A stretch of DNA of 64,000 nt from Gammaproteobacteria bacterium. GTDB taxonomy: Bacteria; Pseudomonadota; Gammaproteobacteria; Steroidobacterales; Steroidobacteraceae. Of this stretch, positions 1-9,247 are shown in pieces. The stretch is from NCBI GenBank assembly GCA_034668025.1, contig JAXDQF010000280.1, positions 1,345 through 65,344 on the forward strand, in the 5' to 3' direction. A program made the position numbers and the translations under genes. Numbering within the stretch: the stretch's first letter is position 1; each line of letters opens with the position of its first letter. The notes under the pieces are model-generated. The model was not told the DNA's origin. It made no database searches and saw nothing but the letters and a program-made list of their open reading frames with translations.

Positions 1-460
1 CGAGATCCAGCCCGTAGCCCAATGTGTCGAGCAGCCGCTTCTCGAAGATTCTCAGGGACGGCTCCAGGAGCATTCCACGCCGCAAGCCATCCACGGTCGC
101 ATGATAGTCATCGAACAGCGCAGGCTGCGGATCGTGTCGGGTGGTCAGCTTCATCAGCAGCTCATTCAGATAGAACGAGGCCATGAGCGATCCGGCCGGA
201 ACGGCCGGATTGGAGTCGGCGCTCTCAGCGCCGGTGAGCTGTGCAGCCTCACCCCGCCCGCTCCAGGACAACAACAGCAGCTGGAACGGTTGCAGGACCG
301 AAGCCAGTTTGGCCTTGGGTCCGCGCACGCCACGCGCAAACAGGGACAGCCGCCCGTGATCGCGGCTGATCACCTCGAGGATCCGGCTGGTATCTCTGTA
401 GGGCCTGTGATGGAGGATGTAGGCCGGAGCGAGACTGATGCGGCGAACGTTGCGGGTCAT
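1..460 (-). CDS. recO: DNA repair protein RecO, N-terminal part (gene runs off left edge)
   Basis: Absent from ORF track because no stop in window. Hand translation of minus strand from ATG at 460 gives MTRNVRRISLAPAYILHHRPYRDTSRILEVISRDHGRLSLFARGVRGPKAK..., open to position 1. ATGA overlap with era stop (457-460). Classical era-recO synteny. Confidence 0.85.
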   Translation of the reverse strand, partial: MTRNVRRISLAPAYILHHRPYRDTSRILEVISRDHGRLSLFARGVRGPKAKLASVLQPFQLLLLSWSGRGEAAQLTGAESADSNPAVPAGSLMASFYLNELLMKLTTRHDPQPALFDDYHATVDGLRRGMLLEPSLRIFEKRLLDTLGYGLDL

Positions 461-1368
461 TCGACGCCGAGATGCTTGAGCGCGCGGGCATTGTCAGCCC
501 AGTTCTCGCGTACTTTCACCCACAGGTTCAGATGCAGACGGCGACCCAGGAGGTCATTGAGAGCGATGCGGGCTGAGCGCCCCACGCGCTTCAGGCGCTC
601 GCCTTTCGCCCCGATCACAATCGGTTTCTGCCCGTCCCTGTCGACCCAGATTGAGGCGTCCACTGTCAGCTGGCCGTCCGCTTCCACCATCTGCTCCACT
701 TCAACCGCCACACCGTAAGGGACTTCCTGGTTGAGCTCCAAAGTCAGTTTCTCGCGGATCATTTCCGCGATCCGGAACTCGAGGCTGCTTTCCGTCACAT
801 CCCCTTCGGCATACATCGCCGGAGCCACCGGCAGGAGGGCCGCAATGGTCTTTTTCAGCGCTTCCACGTTGTCGGACTTGAGTGCCGAGATCGGCACGAT
901 GGACGCGAAAGCATGGCGCTTGGCCAACTCCGCAATGTAGGGCAGCAATCGATCGCGCGGCCGGACCTGGTCGATCTTGTTCACGGCGGCGATGGCCGGC
1001 AGGCCGGAAGCCACCACCCGCTCCAACGCCAGGTCATCCTCGGCAGTCCACTTGGTGGCATCGATGACGAGCACCACCAGATCGGCATCATTCAGCGACG
1101 CAGAGGCCGTGCGATTCATGGCCCGGTTGAGCGCCCGACTGCCGTGTTGGTGCAACCCCGGCGTGTCCACGAATGCAATCTGTGCATTCGGCAGGTGCGA
1201 GATGCCGACGATCCGGTGCCGGGTGGTCTGCGGCCGGGGTGTCACGATGCTGAGCTTCTGTCCCACCATCGCATTGAGCAGTGTTGATTTGCCCACGTTG
1301 GGACGACCGACGAGGGCTGCAAAGCCACTGCGGAATTCGCTGGCGGAGTCGGCTGCGGGCTGGGTCAT
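457..1368 (-). CDS. era: GTPase Era
   Basis: G1 GRPNVGKSTLLN, G3 DTPG, G4 NKID, C-terminal KH-type region. Sits in rnc-era-recO order. Confidence 0.96.
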   Translation of the reverse strand: MTQPAADSASEFRSGFAALVGRPNVGKSTLLNAMVGQKLSIVTPRPQTTRHRIVGISHLPNAQIAFVDTPGLHQHGSRALNRAMNRTASASLNDADLVVLVIDATKWTAEDDLALERVVASGLPAIAAVNKIDQVRPRDRLLPYIAELAKRHAFASIVPISALKSDNVEALKKTIAALLPVAPAMYAEGDVTESSLEFRIAEMIREKLTLELNQEVPYGVAVEVEQMVEADGQLTVDASIWVDRDGQKPIVIGAKGERLKRVGRSARIALNDLLGRRLHLNLWVKVRENWADNARALKHLGVE

Positions 1369-1379
1369 CTTAGGTTTGA

Positions 1380-2075
1380 TTACTCGACCGTTTCGATGGC
1401 TTGGAGAATGTGTTCGGCTGCTTCCTGCTCGGCGCGGCGGCGGCTGGAGCCACTGCCCTCCGCACGCCGGCCAATCTCCGGCACGTCGCAGATAACGTGA
1501 AAGGTTTGTTCGTGCGCCTCGCCTTCGGTGCGATCCACGCTGTACCGCGGAAGCGCGAGGCCTCGTGACTGCAGATACTCCTGCAGCCGCGTCTTTGCAT
1601 CCTTGAGCGACGCCGGAGCAGGAAGCGCGGCCACCCGTGGCTCGAACAGCGCTTCAATGACTTTTTGTGCAGCGCCCAGCCCGCCGTCCAGGAACACTGC
1701 ACCGCACACCGCCTCCAGGGCGTCTGCCAGTATCGATTGGCGCCGGAACCCGCCGGTCTTCAGCTCACCGGAGCCCAGCTGGAGCACCTCACCCAGGCCG
1801 AGCTGAGCGGCCACTTCCGCCAGGGGCTCGGCGCTGACCACCCGCGCGCGCAGGCGGCTCAGGTCCCCTTCGGACCCATCGGGGAAGGCAAAGAACAGGT
1901 GCCGCGCAATAACCAGGTTGAGGACCGCATCGCCGAGGAATTCCAGGCGCTCGTTGTTTGGACCGGGCGCACTGCGATGAGTCAGGGCTGCAATGAACAG
2001 CTGTGGATCACGCGGTTCGTAGCCGAGCTGCTCGCGTATCCAACGGACGGGCCACTCCCCGCCGGTCATGTCCAA
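1380..2075 (-). CDS. rnc: Ribonuclease III
   Basis: RNase III signature ERLEFLGDAVL, C-terminal dsRBD. lepB-rnc-era context. Confidence 0.95.
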   Translation of the reverse strand: MDMTGGEWPVRWIREQLGYEPRDPQLFIAALTHRSAPGPNNERLEFLGDAVLNLVIARHLFFAFPDGSEGDLSRLRARVVSAEPLAEVAAQLGLGEVLQLGSGELKTGGFRRQSILADALEAVCGAVFLDGGLGAAQKVIEALFEPRVAALPAPASLKDAKTRLQEYLQSRGLALPRYSVDRTEGEAHEQTFHVICDVPEIGRRAEGSGSSRRRAEQEAAEHILQAIETVE

Positions 2076-2086
2076 TGCGAAAACAT

Positions 2087-2467
2087 TTACTGGTTGCTCT
2101 CACTCCCGAGAGTGACCGACTTGTCGAAGCTTACGAGTATAAAGACGTTTGAGAACAATGGCGCCTGGTCGTCGTAAGCGGCCTCCATGAGCCAGTTTCG
2201 CCCGTCACGCGTGATCTTGAAGTCCTTCAAGTCGGGAAACTCGACGGCGTCGACCTGGAGGTGCTTGCCGAGCGACACGCGAATGAGCTCCGCACTGGCG
2301 ACATCGCCACCTTTGAACTCCGATTTCACCTGCTCCATGCAGTGTGCCACGTTCATGTAGTTCAGATAGATGGGCGTCAACCGGATGCCGGCATACACAC
2401 AGATGCCGACCGGGACCAACAGGACGATCCAGCCTATGAACGTCACGCCTCTCTGCTTCGACCGCAT
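2087..2467 (-). CDS. Small membrane-anchored protein, DUF4845-like
   Basis: ORF track start (2557) overlaps lepB. Internal ATG at 2467 gives MRSKQRGVTFIGWIVLLVPVGICVYAGIRL... (N-terminal TM helix), beginning just after the lepB stop. Position between lepB and rnc is typical for this family. Confidence 0.7.
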   Translation of the reverse strand: MRSKQRGVTFIGWIVLLVPVGICVYAGIRLTPIYLNYMNVAHCMEQVKSEFKGGDVASAELIRVSLGKHLQVDAVEFPDLKDFKITRDGRNWLMEAAYDDQAPLFSNVFILVSFDKSVTLGSESNQ

Positions 2468-2496
2468 CGAAATCTCCCGCGTTGCGCCCGGGTGCC

Positions 2497-3591
2497 TTAC
2501 TTGATTGCGGAGCCGAGACGGCTCCACTTCGGGCCACCGGTGCGTTTGAGGTCCCAATTGAACCAGATTCGTGTCGCCTTGCCGACCAGGTTGTCCTCGG
2601 GCACGAAGCCCCAGACCCGCCCGTCCTCACTGTTGTCCCGGTTGTCGCCCATCATGAAATAACTTCCGGGCGGCACCGTCGTCTCGAACGCCGGTCCCTC
2701 GCCGACCAGGGCATCGGCCGTCGAGCCGCCCTCGCCGCCGCAATAGTAACCGCGCGACTCGCTGCGGTCGCAGCCTGCGGGGGTTACCCCGCTGGGAAAC
2801 AGCGGCACCGGACACAACATCGACTGGTGAACATGCAACCCGAGGTGCTCCTCGGCGAGTTGCATATTGATGTAGCAGCCGTCGTTGTACGGGGCGATGA
2901 TCTTGAAAGGCACGGGTTGGCCGTTGATCGTAATACGATCACTACGAACCTCCACATGATCGCCCGGAAGGCCCACCAGCCGCTTGATGTAGTTCACGGA
3001 AGGATCGCGCGGATAGCGGAATACCACCACATCGCCCCGCTGCGGCTCCCCAACGGGGATGACTTTGCGGTTGATCACCGGCAGCCGCAAGCCGTAGGCG
3101 TACTTGTTGACGATGATGAAATCCCCGTCCAGCAGGGTCGGCATCATGGAATCCGAGGGGATCCGGAACGGCTCGAAAATGAATGACCGCAGCACGAGGA
3201 CGACCAGCGCCACCGGAAAGAAGCTGCGGGCATAGTCGACCGTGCCGGGCTCGGGAATCAGGGCGGGGTCTTTGCCGGCGGCCCGGGCCGCCTTGGTGCG
3301 CCCGCGGCGCAGGATTGCAACATCCAGCAGCCACGCCACACCGGTGATGGCCGTGATGCCGAACAGCACGGCACTGAAATCCAGCCGTTCAGCCAGCAAC
3401 AGGCGCACCACCGCTGCCAGGATGAGCAGCGGCAGCAGCAAGTAAAGCGTCTTCATCAGCGTCGGATCGGCCGGCGGTGCCGGTGAGGCCGCGATCTGCC
3501 GGCGCGAACGCAGGAACCAGTCGTCGACGATGACGATCAACCCGACAGGCAATGCCAGCCAGGACAGTAGCTCGATAGTCTGCAAAAACAT
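2497..3591 (-). CDS. lepB: Signal peptidase I
   Basis: Catalytic Ser box SDSMMPTL, Lys box YIKRLVGLPGD, GDNRDNSEDGR box. Confidence 0.95.
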   Translation of the reverse strand: MFLQTIELLSWLALPVGLIVIVDDWFLRSRRQIAASPAPPADPTLMKTLYLLLPLLILAAVVRLLLAERLDFSAVLFGITAITGVAWLLDVAILRRGRTKAARAAGKDPALIPEPGTVDYARSFFPVALVVLVLRSFIFEPFRIPSDSMMPTLLDGDFIIVNKYAYGLRLPVINRKVIPVGEPQRGDVVVFRYPRDPSVNYIKRLVGLPGDHVEVRSDRITINGQPVPFKIIAPYNDGCYINMQLAEEHLGLHVHQSMLCPVPLFPSGVTPAGCDRSESRGYYCGGEGGSTADALVGEGPAFETTVPPGSYFMMGDNRDNSEDGRVWGFVPEDNLVGKATRIWFNWDLKRTGGPKWSRLGSAIK

Positions 3592-3602
3592 GGTGGCGCT
3601 TG

Positions 3603-5399
3603 CTAACTTTTCTTGCCGACTTGCAGCACCGCCAGGAAAGCCTCCTGGGGAATCTCGACCTGGCCGACCTGCTTCATGCGCTTCTTACCTTCCTTCTGCT
3701 TCTCGAGGAGTTTCTTCTTGCGGCTGATGTCGCCGCCATAACACTTTGCCAACACGTTCTTGCGCAGAGCCTTCACCGAGGCGCGCGCAATGACCGCCGT
3801 ACCGATTGCCGCCTGCACGGCCACTTCGAACATCTGCCGCGGAATGAGCTCCTGCATCTTGTCCACCAGCTCGCGGCCGCGCTGATAGGAGTTTTCGCGG
3901 TGCACGATGATAGACAACGCATCGACCTTGTCGCCGTTGATGAGGATGTCGAGCTTCACCAGCGGACCCGCTTCGAAATGACTGAATTCGTAGTCAAACG
4001 AGGCATAGCCACGGCTCACCGACTTCAAGCGGTCGAAGAAGTCCAACACCACTTCGGCCATCGGCAGCTCGTACTGCAGCGACACCTGGGTGGCCACGTA
4101 CGTCATCTTCTTCTGCCGGCCGCGCTTGTCGTTGCACAGCTTCAACACCGCACCGACATAGTCCGGCGGCACCAGGATGTTGGCCGTGATGATGGGCTCG
4201 CGGATCTCTTCGGTCTCGTTCAACGGCGGCAGTTTGGCCGGATTATCCACGTACACCACCGTGCCGTCGGTCTTCGCGACCTCATAGACCACCGTCGGCG
4301 CGCTGGTCACCAGCTCGAGGTTGTACTCCCGCTCCAGCCGTTCCTGCACGATATCCATGTGCAACAGCCCGAGAAAGCCGATGCGGAAGCCGAATCCCAA
4401 CGCACCGGACACCTCCGGCTCGTAATGCAGGGCCGAGTCATTCAGGCGCAACTTGGAGAGCGCATCGCGGAATGCTTCGTAGTCCTCCGAGTTGATGGGA
4501 AACAGACCGGCGAATACCCGCGGCTTGATCTGTTTGAACCCCGGCAGGCTGTCGGGGCTGGGGCGATTCTCCAGGGTGATGGTGTCGCCTACCGGCGCGC
4601 CGTCGATTTCCTTTATGCCGGCAATGACGAAGCCAACGTCGCCGGTGGCCAGCTCGCGCAGCACCACGGACTTGGGAGTGAAGCGCCCGAGCTTGTCGAC
4701 CGTGTGACTGCGCCCGGTGGAAATGATCCGCAGCTTGTCGCCGGTCCTGATGCTGCCGTTCATGACACGGACCAGTGACACGACACCCACATAGTTGTCG
4801 AACCACGAGTCGATGATCAGCGCTTGCAGGGGCGCGTCGGGATCGCCCTTGGGAGGCGGGATGCGCTTGACCAGCGCTTCCAGCAGATCGGGTACGCCCT
4901 CGCCCGTCTTGGCGCTGACACGCACGGCATCCGTTGCGTCGATGCCGATGATCTCCTCGATCTCCTGGCTCACCCGGTCCGGGTCGGCCGACGGCAAGTC
5001 GATCTTGTTGATGACGGGCAGGACCTCGAGTCCCTGCTCGATAGCGGTGTAGCAGTTGGCAACGCTTTGCGCCTCGACGCCCTGGGAAGCATCCACGACC
5101 AGGAGCGCGCCGTCACAGGCAGCCAGCGACCGCGACACTTCGTACGAGAAGTCGACGTGGCCCGGCGTGTCGATCATGTTCAGCTGGTAGCGCTGCCCGT
5201 CCCGGGCGTCGTAATAAAGAGTGACGCTCTGGGCCTTGATGGTAATGCCGCGCTCGCGCTCGAGCTCCATGTTGTCCAGCACCTGCTCCTGCATCTCCCG
5301 ATCCTGCAGCCCTCCGCATAGCTGGATCAGCCGGTCAGCCAGGGTGGACTTGCCGTGATCGACGTGGGCAATAATCGAGAAATTTCGTGTGAGCAGCAT
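3603..5399 (-). CDS. lepA: Elongation factor 4 (LepA)
   Basis: [31 protein letters not shown] GTPase motifs. 598 aa; lepA-lepB synteny. Confidence 0.97.
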   Translation of the reverse strand: MLLTRNFSIIAHVDHGKSTLADRLIQLCGGLQDREMQEQVLDNMELERERGITIKAQSVTLYYDARDGQRYQLNMIDTPGHVDFSYEVSRSLAACDGALLVVDASQGVEAQSVANCYTAIEQGLEVLPVINKIDLPSADPDRVSQEIEEIIGIDATDAVRVSAKTGEGVPDLLEALVKRIPPPKGDPDAPLQALIIDSWFDNYVGVVSLVRVMNGSIRTGDKLRIISTGRSHTVDKLGRFTPKSVVLRELATGDVGFVIAGIKEIDGAPVGDTITLENRPSPDSLPGFKQIKPRVFAGLFPINSEDYEAFRDALSKLRLNDSALHYEPEVSGALGFGFRIGFLGLLHMDIVQERLEREYNLELVTSAPTVVYEVAKTDGTVVYVDNPAKLPPLNETEEIREPIITANILVPPDYVGAVLKLCNDKRGRQKKMTYVATQVSLQYELPMAEVVLDFFDRLKSVSRGYASFDYEFSHFEAGPLVKLDILINGDKVDALSIIVHRENSYQRGRELVDKMQELIPRQMFEVAVQAAIGTAVIARASVKALRKNVLAKCYGGDISRKKKLLEKQKEGKKRMKQVGQVEIPQEAFLAVLQVGKKS

Positions 5400-5470
5400 G
5401 TATATCGGTCTATGGGCCGCAATCGCCTACGGCGCTTGCGGCGGAATCGGGGTCAGCGCTTCTTTTGACG

Positions 5471-5498
5471 CCCGGCAAAAGGCGCGACTTTTGCCGGG
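5471..5498. repeat. Palindromic hairpin repeat CCCGGCAAAAG-N6-CTTTTGCCGGG (copy 1)
   Basis: 11-bp perfect stem, 6-nt GC loop, in the spacer between the grx-like gene and lepA. Near-identical second copy at 52449-52476. Confidence 0.6.
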
Positions 5499-5560
5499 AA
5501 GGCACCATAGCCGGCGGCGGCGGGGATTCTACATTTATTGCCTGCAGGGCGCCGAAACGC

Positions 5561-5812
5561 TTATCTGAGGAGCCGTCTGAGCTCGTCCGCGTCGAGGCGG
5601 TGCTTGCAAACCACCGTACCGTCCAGGAGCAGGACGGGGACATTGAGGCCGTACCGCCGGACCAGCTCCGGATCCCCGTCGACATCGACGACGCCGACGG
5701 GAGGAAGCTGTATTTTACGACCCAGCGCCTCGAGCTCGGCCACCATCTCATCGCACAGGTCGCAGTCCTGCCGGTGGACCACGGTCAAGCGGGATTCCAC
5801 CGGGGAAATCAA
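5561..5812 (-). CDS. Glutaredoxin-like small thioredoxin-fold protein (DUF836-like)
   Basis: 83 aa with CxxC (RQDCDLCDEM) and VPVLLLDG pattern. TTG start forming a TTGA overlap with the rseB stop. Start codon uncertain. Confidence 0.65.
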   Translation of the reverse strand: MISPVESRLTVVHRQDCDLCDEMVAELEALGRKIQLPPVGVVDVDGDPELVRRYGLNVPVLLLDGTVVCKHRLDADELRRLLR

Positions 5813-6837
5813 TGCTTGGGGACGAGGGCCGGGGCGGTCCCCTGGGAGGAAAATGAGCTGGCGATCGAGCGGACGGTCGCAGGCGGAACCTCACCCACGG
5901 CAGTGACCTTTCTGCCGCCCATCACCGTCGAATACACCGAAGACGAGCCCACTCGCGAGGATTCCTCGGTCACCTCTTCGCCATTGGGCCCTTCCTGGGT
6001 GGTGGTCTTCGTCTCCATTTCCACAAAGACGGACACGGAGGCCAAGCCATCGCTGAACACCAGGTGCGAAACGGGATCGGTCGATCCCGGCATCACCTGG
6101 GCCGAGCGCGCCGCCATCTTGAAACCGGGCGGGAGCTTCAGCGCATTCCAGACCAGCGAGGCATTTTCCGGCGGCTCCTTTCCAGGCAGCGACTCATTGC
6201 GCAGCCATTGAAACCCGTCCGTAGAGACGTCAGGTTTGAATGCCGAATCGGGTATTCGGGGAGACAGCGTGAGGCTGGCGAAAACGATCTGCTCTATAAC
6301 CCTGCCGTGCCCATCGCATAGTTGGGTCTTGAGCGGCATCGCTGTCGTCTCGTCGATCCACAACCGATACCCATAACGGAACTCGTCTTTGGGCAATACC
6401 GTAATCACGCGGGTATCCCGCCGGTTCAAGCGCGTCCTGGCAACTTCCTGGATATCGTAGAAAGCCGCGGTCTGTTCATTGACTGCGGGGAAGCCGCCGA
6501 GCAGCGATTCATCAGCGGGCCGTCTCTCCACCAGGACCGTTTTCTTGTCGGGGAGGTAGCAGGCCAGGTCAGGGCCACTGCGAATGAACTCGCGGCCGGA
6601 CCCATCGAGTGAAACGAGGCGCTCGGCAACCGCGCCATCCTGGACGCGGTGGATGATGCGCAGCATCTCCACTTTGCCACCCTGCCAATGCGAGAACGTG
6701 CCGTCGTAGTTGCGCGTCGTCAGCGCCTGATTCATCCGCTCGAGCCACTTAGCTGGCTCCTCAGCAGCAACGGCCGTCGCTACGACCATCGCGAGAGCAA
6801 GCCAACTGATTCGCTCTCTAGTGCGGGCTCTTGGCAT
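5809..6837 (-). CDS. rseB: Sigma-E regulatory protein RseB/MucB
   Basis: Signal peptide, then WLERMNQALTTRNYDGTF... pattern typical of MucB/RseB. Third gene of the rpoE operon. Confidence 0.85.
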   Translation of the reverse strand: MPRARTRERISWLALAMVVATAVAAEEPAKWLERMNQALTTRNYDGTFSHWQGGKVEMLRIIHRVQDGAVAERLVSLDGSGREFIRSGPDLACYLPDKKTVLVERRPADESLLGGFPAVNEQTAAFYDIQEVARTRLNRRDTRVITVLPKDEFRYGYRLWIDETTAMPLKTQLCDGHGRVIEQIVFASLTLSPRIPDSAFKPDVSTDGFQWLRNESLPGKEPPENASLVWNALKLPPGFKMAARSAQVMPGSTDPVSHLVFSDGLASVSVFVEMETKTTTQEGPNGEEVTEESSRVGSSSVYSTVMGGRKVTAVGEVPPATVRSIASSFSSQGTAPALVPKH

Positions 6838-7483
6838 CGTCGCTCACATCCTCAGTTGGTTCATCGGACCCGGAGGGTGCTCCGGCAGTTCCCGACTCAC
6901 TCGCCATAAAGGCGGAGAGGAGATTACGTCGATTTACCGGCGAGGAAAACTCACTGTGAGCGACGACATAGTTGGCCAGTTGAGTGGACGGAACGATCGA
7001 GCGGCGAGGCAGCGTCTTCGGGACCACATAGCTGTCCGGAGCCGCCTGAGTGGTATCAACGCCTCGTGCGACGAGCGTCTGACTCGCCGCTGCGGGCGGT
7101 GCCTGCGCAGCCACTTGGCCGCCTGGCGACGGCGCCTCATACCTCAAGAACAGAATGGCCGCAGCGGCAACACTGGCAGCCAGCGCGGCCCCACCAACCG
7201 GCATCCACCAGCGCGGCGTGGTGGCTTTCTGCGGTCGTGCGCCCACCGGCTCGGCGATAACGGCCGGTTCGGCAGTAATGACCCTGTTGACGCGTATGGC
7301 CAGGTCGGAATTCAACCGAACCCCACCTTCCGCGCGGATCGTAGCGCCGATTGCGGCGTACCGCCCCCAGCGCGCTTTCAGATCCTCATCCCGGGAAAGG
7401 CGGCGGGCCAGCAGCTCGCATTCGGCGGCCGGCAGCTCGTTGTCGAACATGGCGGACAGTTGACTGTCGAGCTCCTCGTTCAT
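6818..7483 (-). CDS. rseA: Anti-sigma-E factor RseA/MucA
   Basis: N-terminal anti-sigma domain (LSAMFDNELPAAE...RWGRYAAIG), central TM segment (WWMPVGGAALAASVAAAAILFL). ATGA overlap with rpoE stop. Confidence 0.85.
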   Translation of the reverse strand: MNEELDSQLSAMFDNELPAAECELLARRLSRDEDLKARWGRYAAIGATIRAEGGVRLNSDLAIRVNRVITAEPAVIAEPVGARPQKATTPRWWMPVGGAALAASVAAAAILFLRYEAPSPGGQVAAQAPPAAASQTLVARGVDTTQAAPDSYVVPKTLPRRSIVPSTQLANYVVAHSEFSSPVNRRNLLSAFMASESGTAGAPSGSDEPTEDVSDDAKSPH

Positions 7484-8094
7484 CCCATATCCTCCGTGCG
7501 GCCCAGGCCGCCCTCGAATACTTCCCGCAGGCGGCGGTCGATTGCTTCACGCGCCCTGAATATCCGCGATCTGACCGTACCCACGGGACAGTCCATCGCG
7601 GCTGCAATCTCTTCGTATGACAACCCGTCGAGCTCGCGCAGGACGATGGCGGTCTTCAAATCTTCCGGCAAAGCCTCAATCGCGGCGTTGACGGTGCTGC
7701 GGATCTCGTCGGTTAACACCAGCCCTTCGGGTGTTTCGGAATCTTTCATTCGGCCTTGCATATCGTAGGACTCTTCGGTGGCGTCGGTGCTGCGGTCGAT
7801 GTTGTATTCAATGGGGCTGCGGTCGCGGGAGACGACGGCATTCTTGGCGGTGTTGATGGCGATGCGATACAGCCAGGTATAAAAGGCACTGTCACCGCGA
7901 AACTGCGGCAAGGCGCGGTACGCCTTGATGAAAGCTTCCTGAGCGATGTCCTCGGCTTCGGCCGGATTGCGCACATACCGCATAACGAGCTTGACGAGTT
8001 TGTGCTGGTACTTGCGTACCAGCGCATCGAACGCGCCCTTGTCGCCGCTCTGGACGCGTCGAACCAGGCTGAGATCGCTTACATCGGCGCTCAT
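7480..8094 (-). CDS. rpoE: ECF RNA polymerase sigma factor RpoE/AlgU
   Basis: Sigma-70 region 2 (YTWLYRIAINTAKN) and region 4 HTH (LSYEEIAAAMDCPVGTVRSRIFRAREAI). Confidence 0.95.
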   Translation of the reverse strand: MSADVSDLSLVRRVQSGDKGAFDALVRKYQHKLVKLVMRYVRNPAEAEDIAQEAFIKAYRALPQFRGDSAFYTWLYRIAINTAKNAVVSRDRSPIEYNIDRSTDATEESYDMQGRMKDSETPEGLVLTDEIRSTVNAAIEALPEDLKTAIVLRELDGLSYEEIAAAMDCPVGTVRSRIFRAREAIDRRLREVFEGGLGRTEDMG

Positions 8095-8140
8095 GGCGCC
8101 TTACTCCCGCAGGGAAAATGGCCGCCGCGCCGCGACCTGA

Positions 8141-8167
8141 ATAGACCCTGAACTCCTATTAAAGTTC
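8141..8167 (-). promoter_or_regulatory. Candidate sigma-E-dependent promoter of rpoE (GAACTT-N16-TCTAT)
   Basis: Minus strand reads GAACTT (8167-8162), a 16-nt spacer, then TCTAT (8145-8141), about 47 nt upstream of the rpoE ATG. Matches the GGAACTT-N16-TCnaA class of autoregulated rpoE/algU promoters. Confidence 0.55.
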
Positions 8168-8170
8168 AGG
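8147..8170 (-). terminator. Hairpin at end of sdhE (CCTGAACT-N8-AGTTCAGG)
   Basis: Perfect 8-bp stem. Includes the sdhE stop codon and the -35 element above. No U-tract, so terminator function is uncertain. Confidence 0.35.
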
Positions 8171-8429
8171 CTCCGCACAGATATTCTCCCACGCGGCTGT
8201 CTCTGATGGCGGCCACGAGTCGGGCCACGTGAGGCTCGGTCGCGGGAGTGTGACCGAACAGGTAGTCGGCGAGCAGCGGATCGGGCAGCTCCAGCAGCTC
8301 GGTCAGCGCGGCACGCTCTTCGGACGATGCGTTGGCGAGCTGCGAGCGGACATAACGCTCCAGGAGCACGTCCAGCTCCTTCATACCCCGACGGCACCGC
8401 CACAGGAGACGGCGGCCTTCCTGATCCAA
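8166..8429 (-). CDS. sdhE: FAD assembly factor SdhE (YgfY family)
   Basis: Conserved RLLWRCRRGMKELD (RGxxE) motif. The ORF-track start at 8537 lies inside sdhB. The TTG at 8429 gives an ~87-aa protein like E. coli SdhE. Start not certain. Confidence 0.8.
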   Translation of the reverse strand: MDQEGRRLLWRCRRGMKELDVLLERYVRSQLANASSEERAALTELLELPDPLLADYLFGHTPATEPHVARLVAAIRDSRVGEYLCGA

Positions 8430-8452
8430 CCCGCCCGACTGTGGGGTCTGTC

Positions 8453-9232
8453 TCAGGACTGTCGCTCCACCATCATCTTCTTGATCTCCGCGATCGCCTT
8501 GGCAGGATTCAAATCCTTCGGGCACACGTCCGTGCAATTCATGATCGTATGACAGCGGTACAGCCTGAAGGGGTCTTCCAGCTCATCGAGCCGCTCCCCG
8601 GTCGCCTCGTCCCGGCTGTCGATGATCCAACGATACGCTGCCAGCAGCGCGGCCGGTCCTAAAAATCGATCGCTGTTCCACCAGTAGCTGGGGCAAGCGG
8701 TCGAGCAGCACGCGCAGAGGATACAGGCCGCCGGACGATCGATCTTCTCTTGATCCTCCTTGGACTGCAGGCGCTCCCGATCAGGCGGCGGCGGGGTTCG
8801 GGTCTGCAGCCACGGCTTGACCGATGCGTACTGCGCGTAGAAATTCGTCAGGTCCGGAACCAGATCTTTGACCACGGGCATGTGCGGCAGCGGGTAAATC
8901 GCTACCTGCGAGCCCAGATCCTCCATCGAGGTGGTGCAGGCGAGCCGATTCAGTCCATCGATGTTCATGGCACACGAACCGCAAATGCCCTCGCGGCAGG
9001 ACCTGCGGAATGTGAGGCTCGAGTCGAGGGTCGACTTGATCTGGATCAGCGCGTCCAGAACCATCGGGCCCACGCCCTTCATGTCGACCTCGAACGTGTC
9101 TACCCGCGGGTTCTCGTTCGACTCCGGCTCAAAGCGGTAGATCCGGAAGGTTCGCAGCTTGGCCGCGCCCGGTGATTTGTGAACCTTGCCGGGGCGGATG
9201 CGGGAATTCTCAGGGAGGCGAAATTCGGCCAT
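8453..9232 (-). CDS. sdhB: Succinate dehydrogenase iron-sulfur subunit
   Basis: Three Cys clusters: [42 protein letters not shown]. Confidence 0.97.
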   Translation of the reverse strand: MAEFRLPENSRIRPGKVHKSPGAAKLRTFRIYRFEPESNENPRVDTFEVDMKGVGPMVLDALIQIKSTLDSSLTFRRSCREGICGSCAMNIDGLNRLACTTSMEDLGSQVAIYPLPHMPVVKDLVPDLTNFYAQYASVKPWLQTRTPPPPDRERLQSKEDQEKIDRPAACILCACCSTACPSYWWNSDRFLGPAALLAAYRWIIDSRDEATGERLDELEDPFRLYRCHTIMNCTDVCPKDLNPAKAIAEIKKMMVERQS

Positions 9233-9247
9233 GTCAGCATTTGCTCT

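Noticed and set aside
101-718. 205-aa plus-strand ORF at the left edge
   Set aside because: Antisense to the recO start and the era 3' end, both of which translate into clearly conserved proteins.
3600-4778. 392-aa ORF on the plus strand
   Set aside because: Antisense to lepA. A GC-driven open frame with no motifs.
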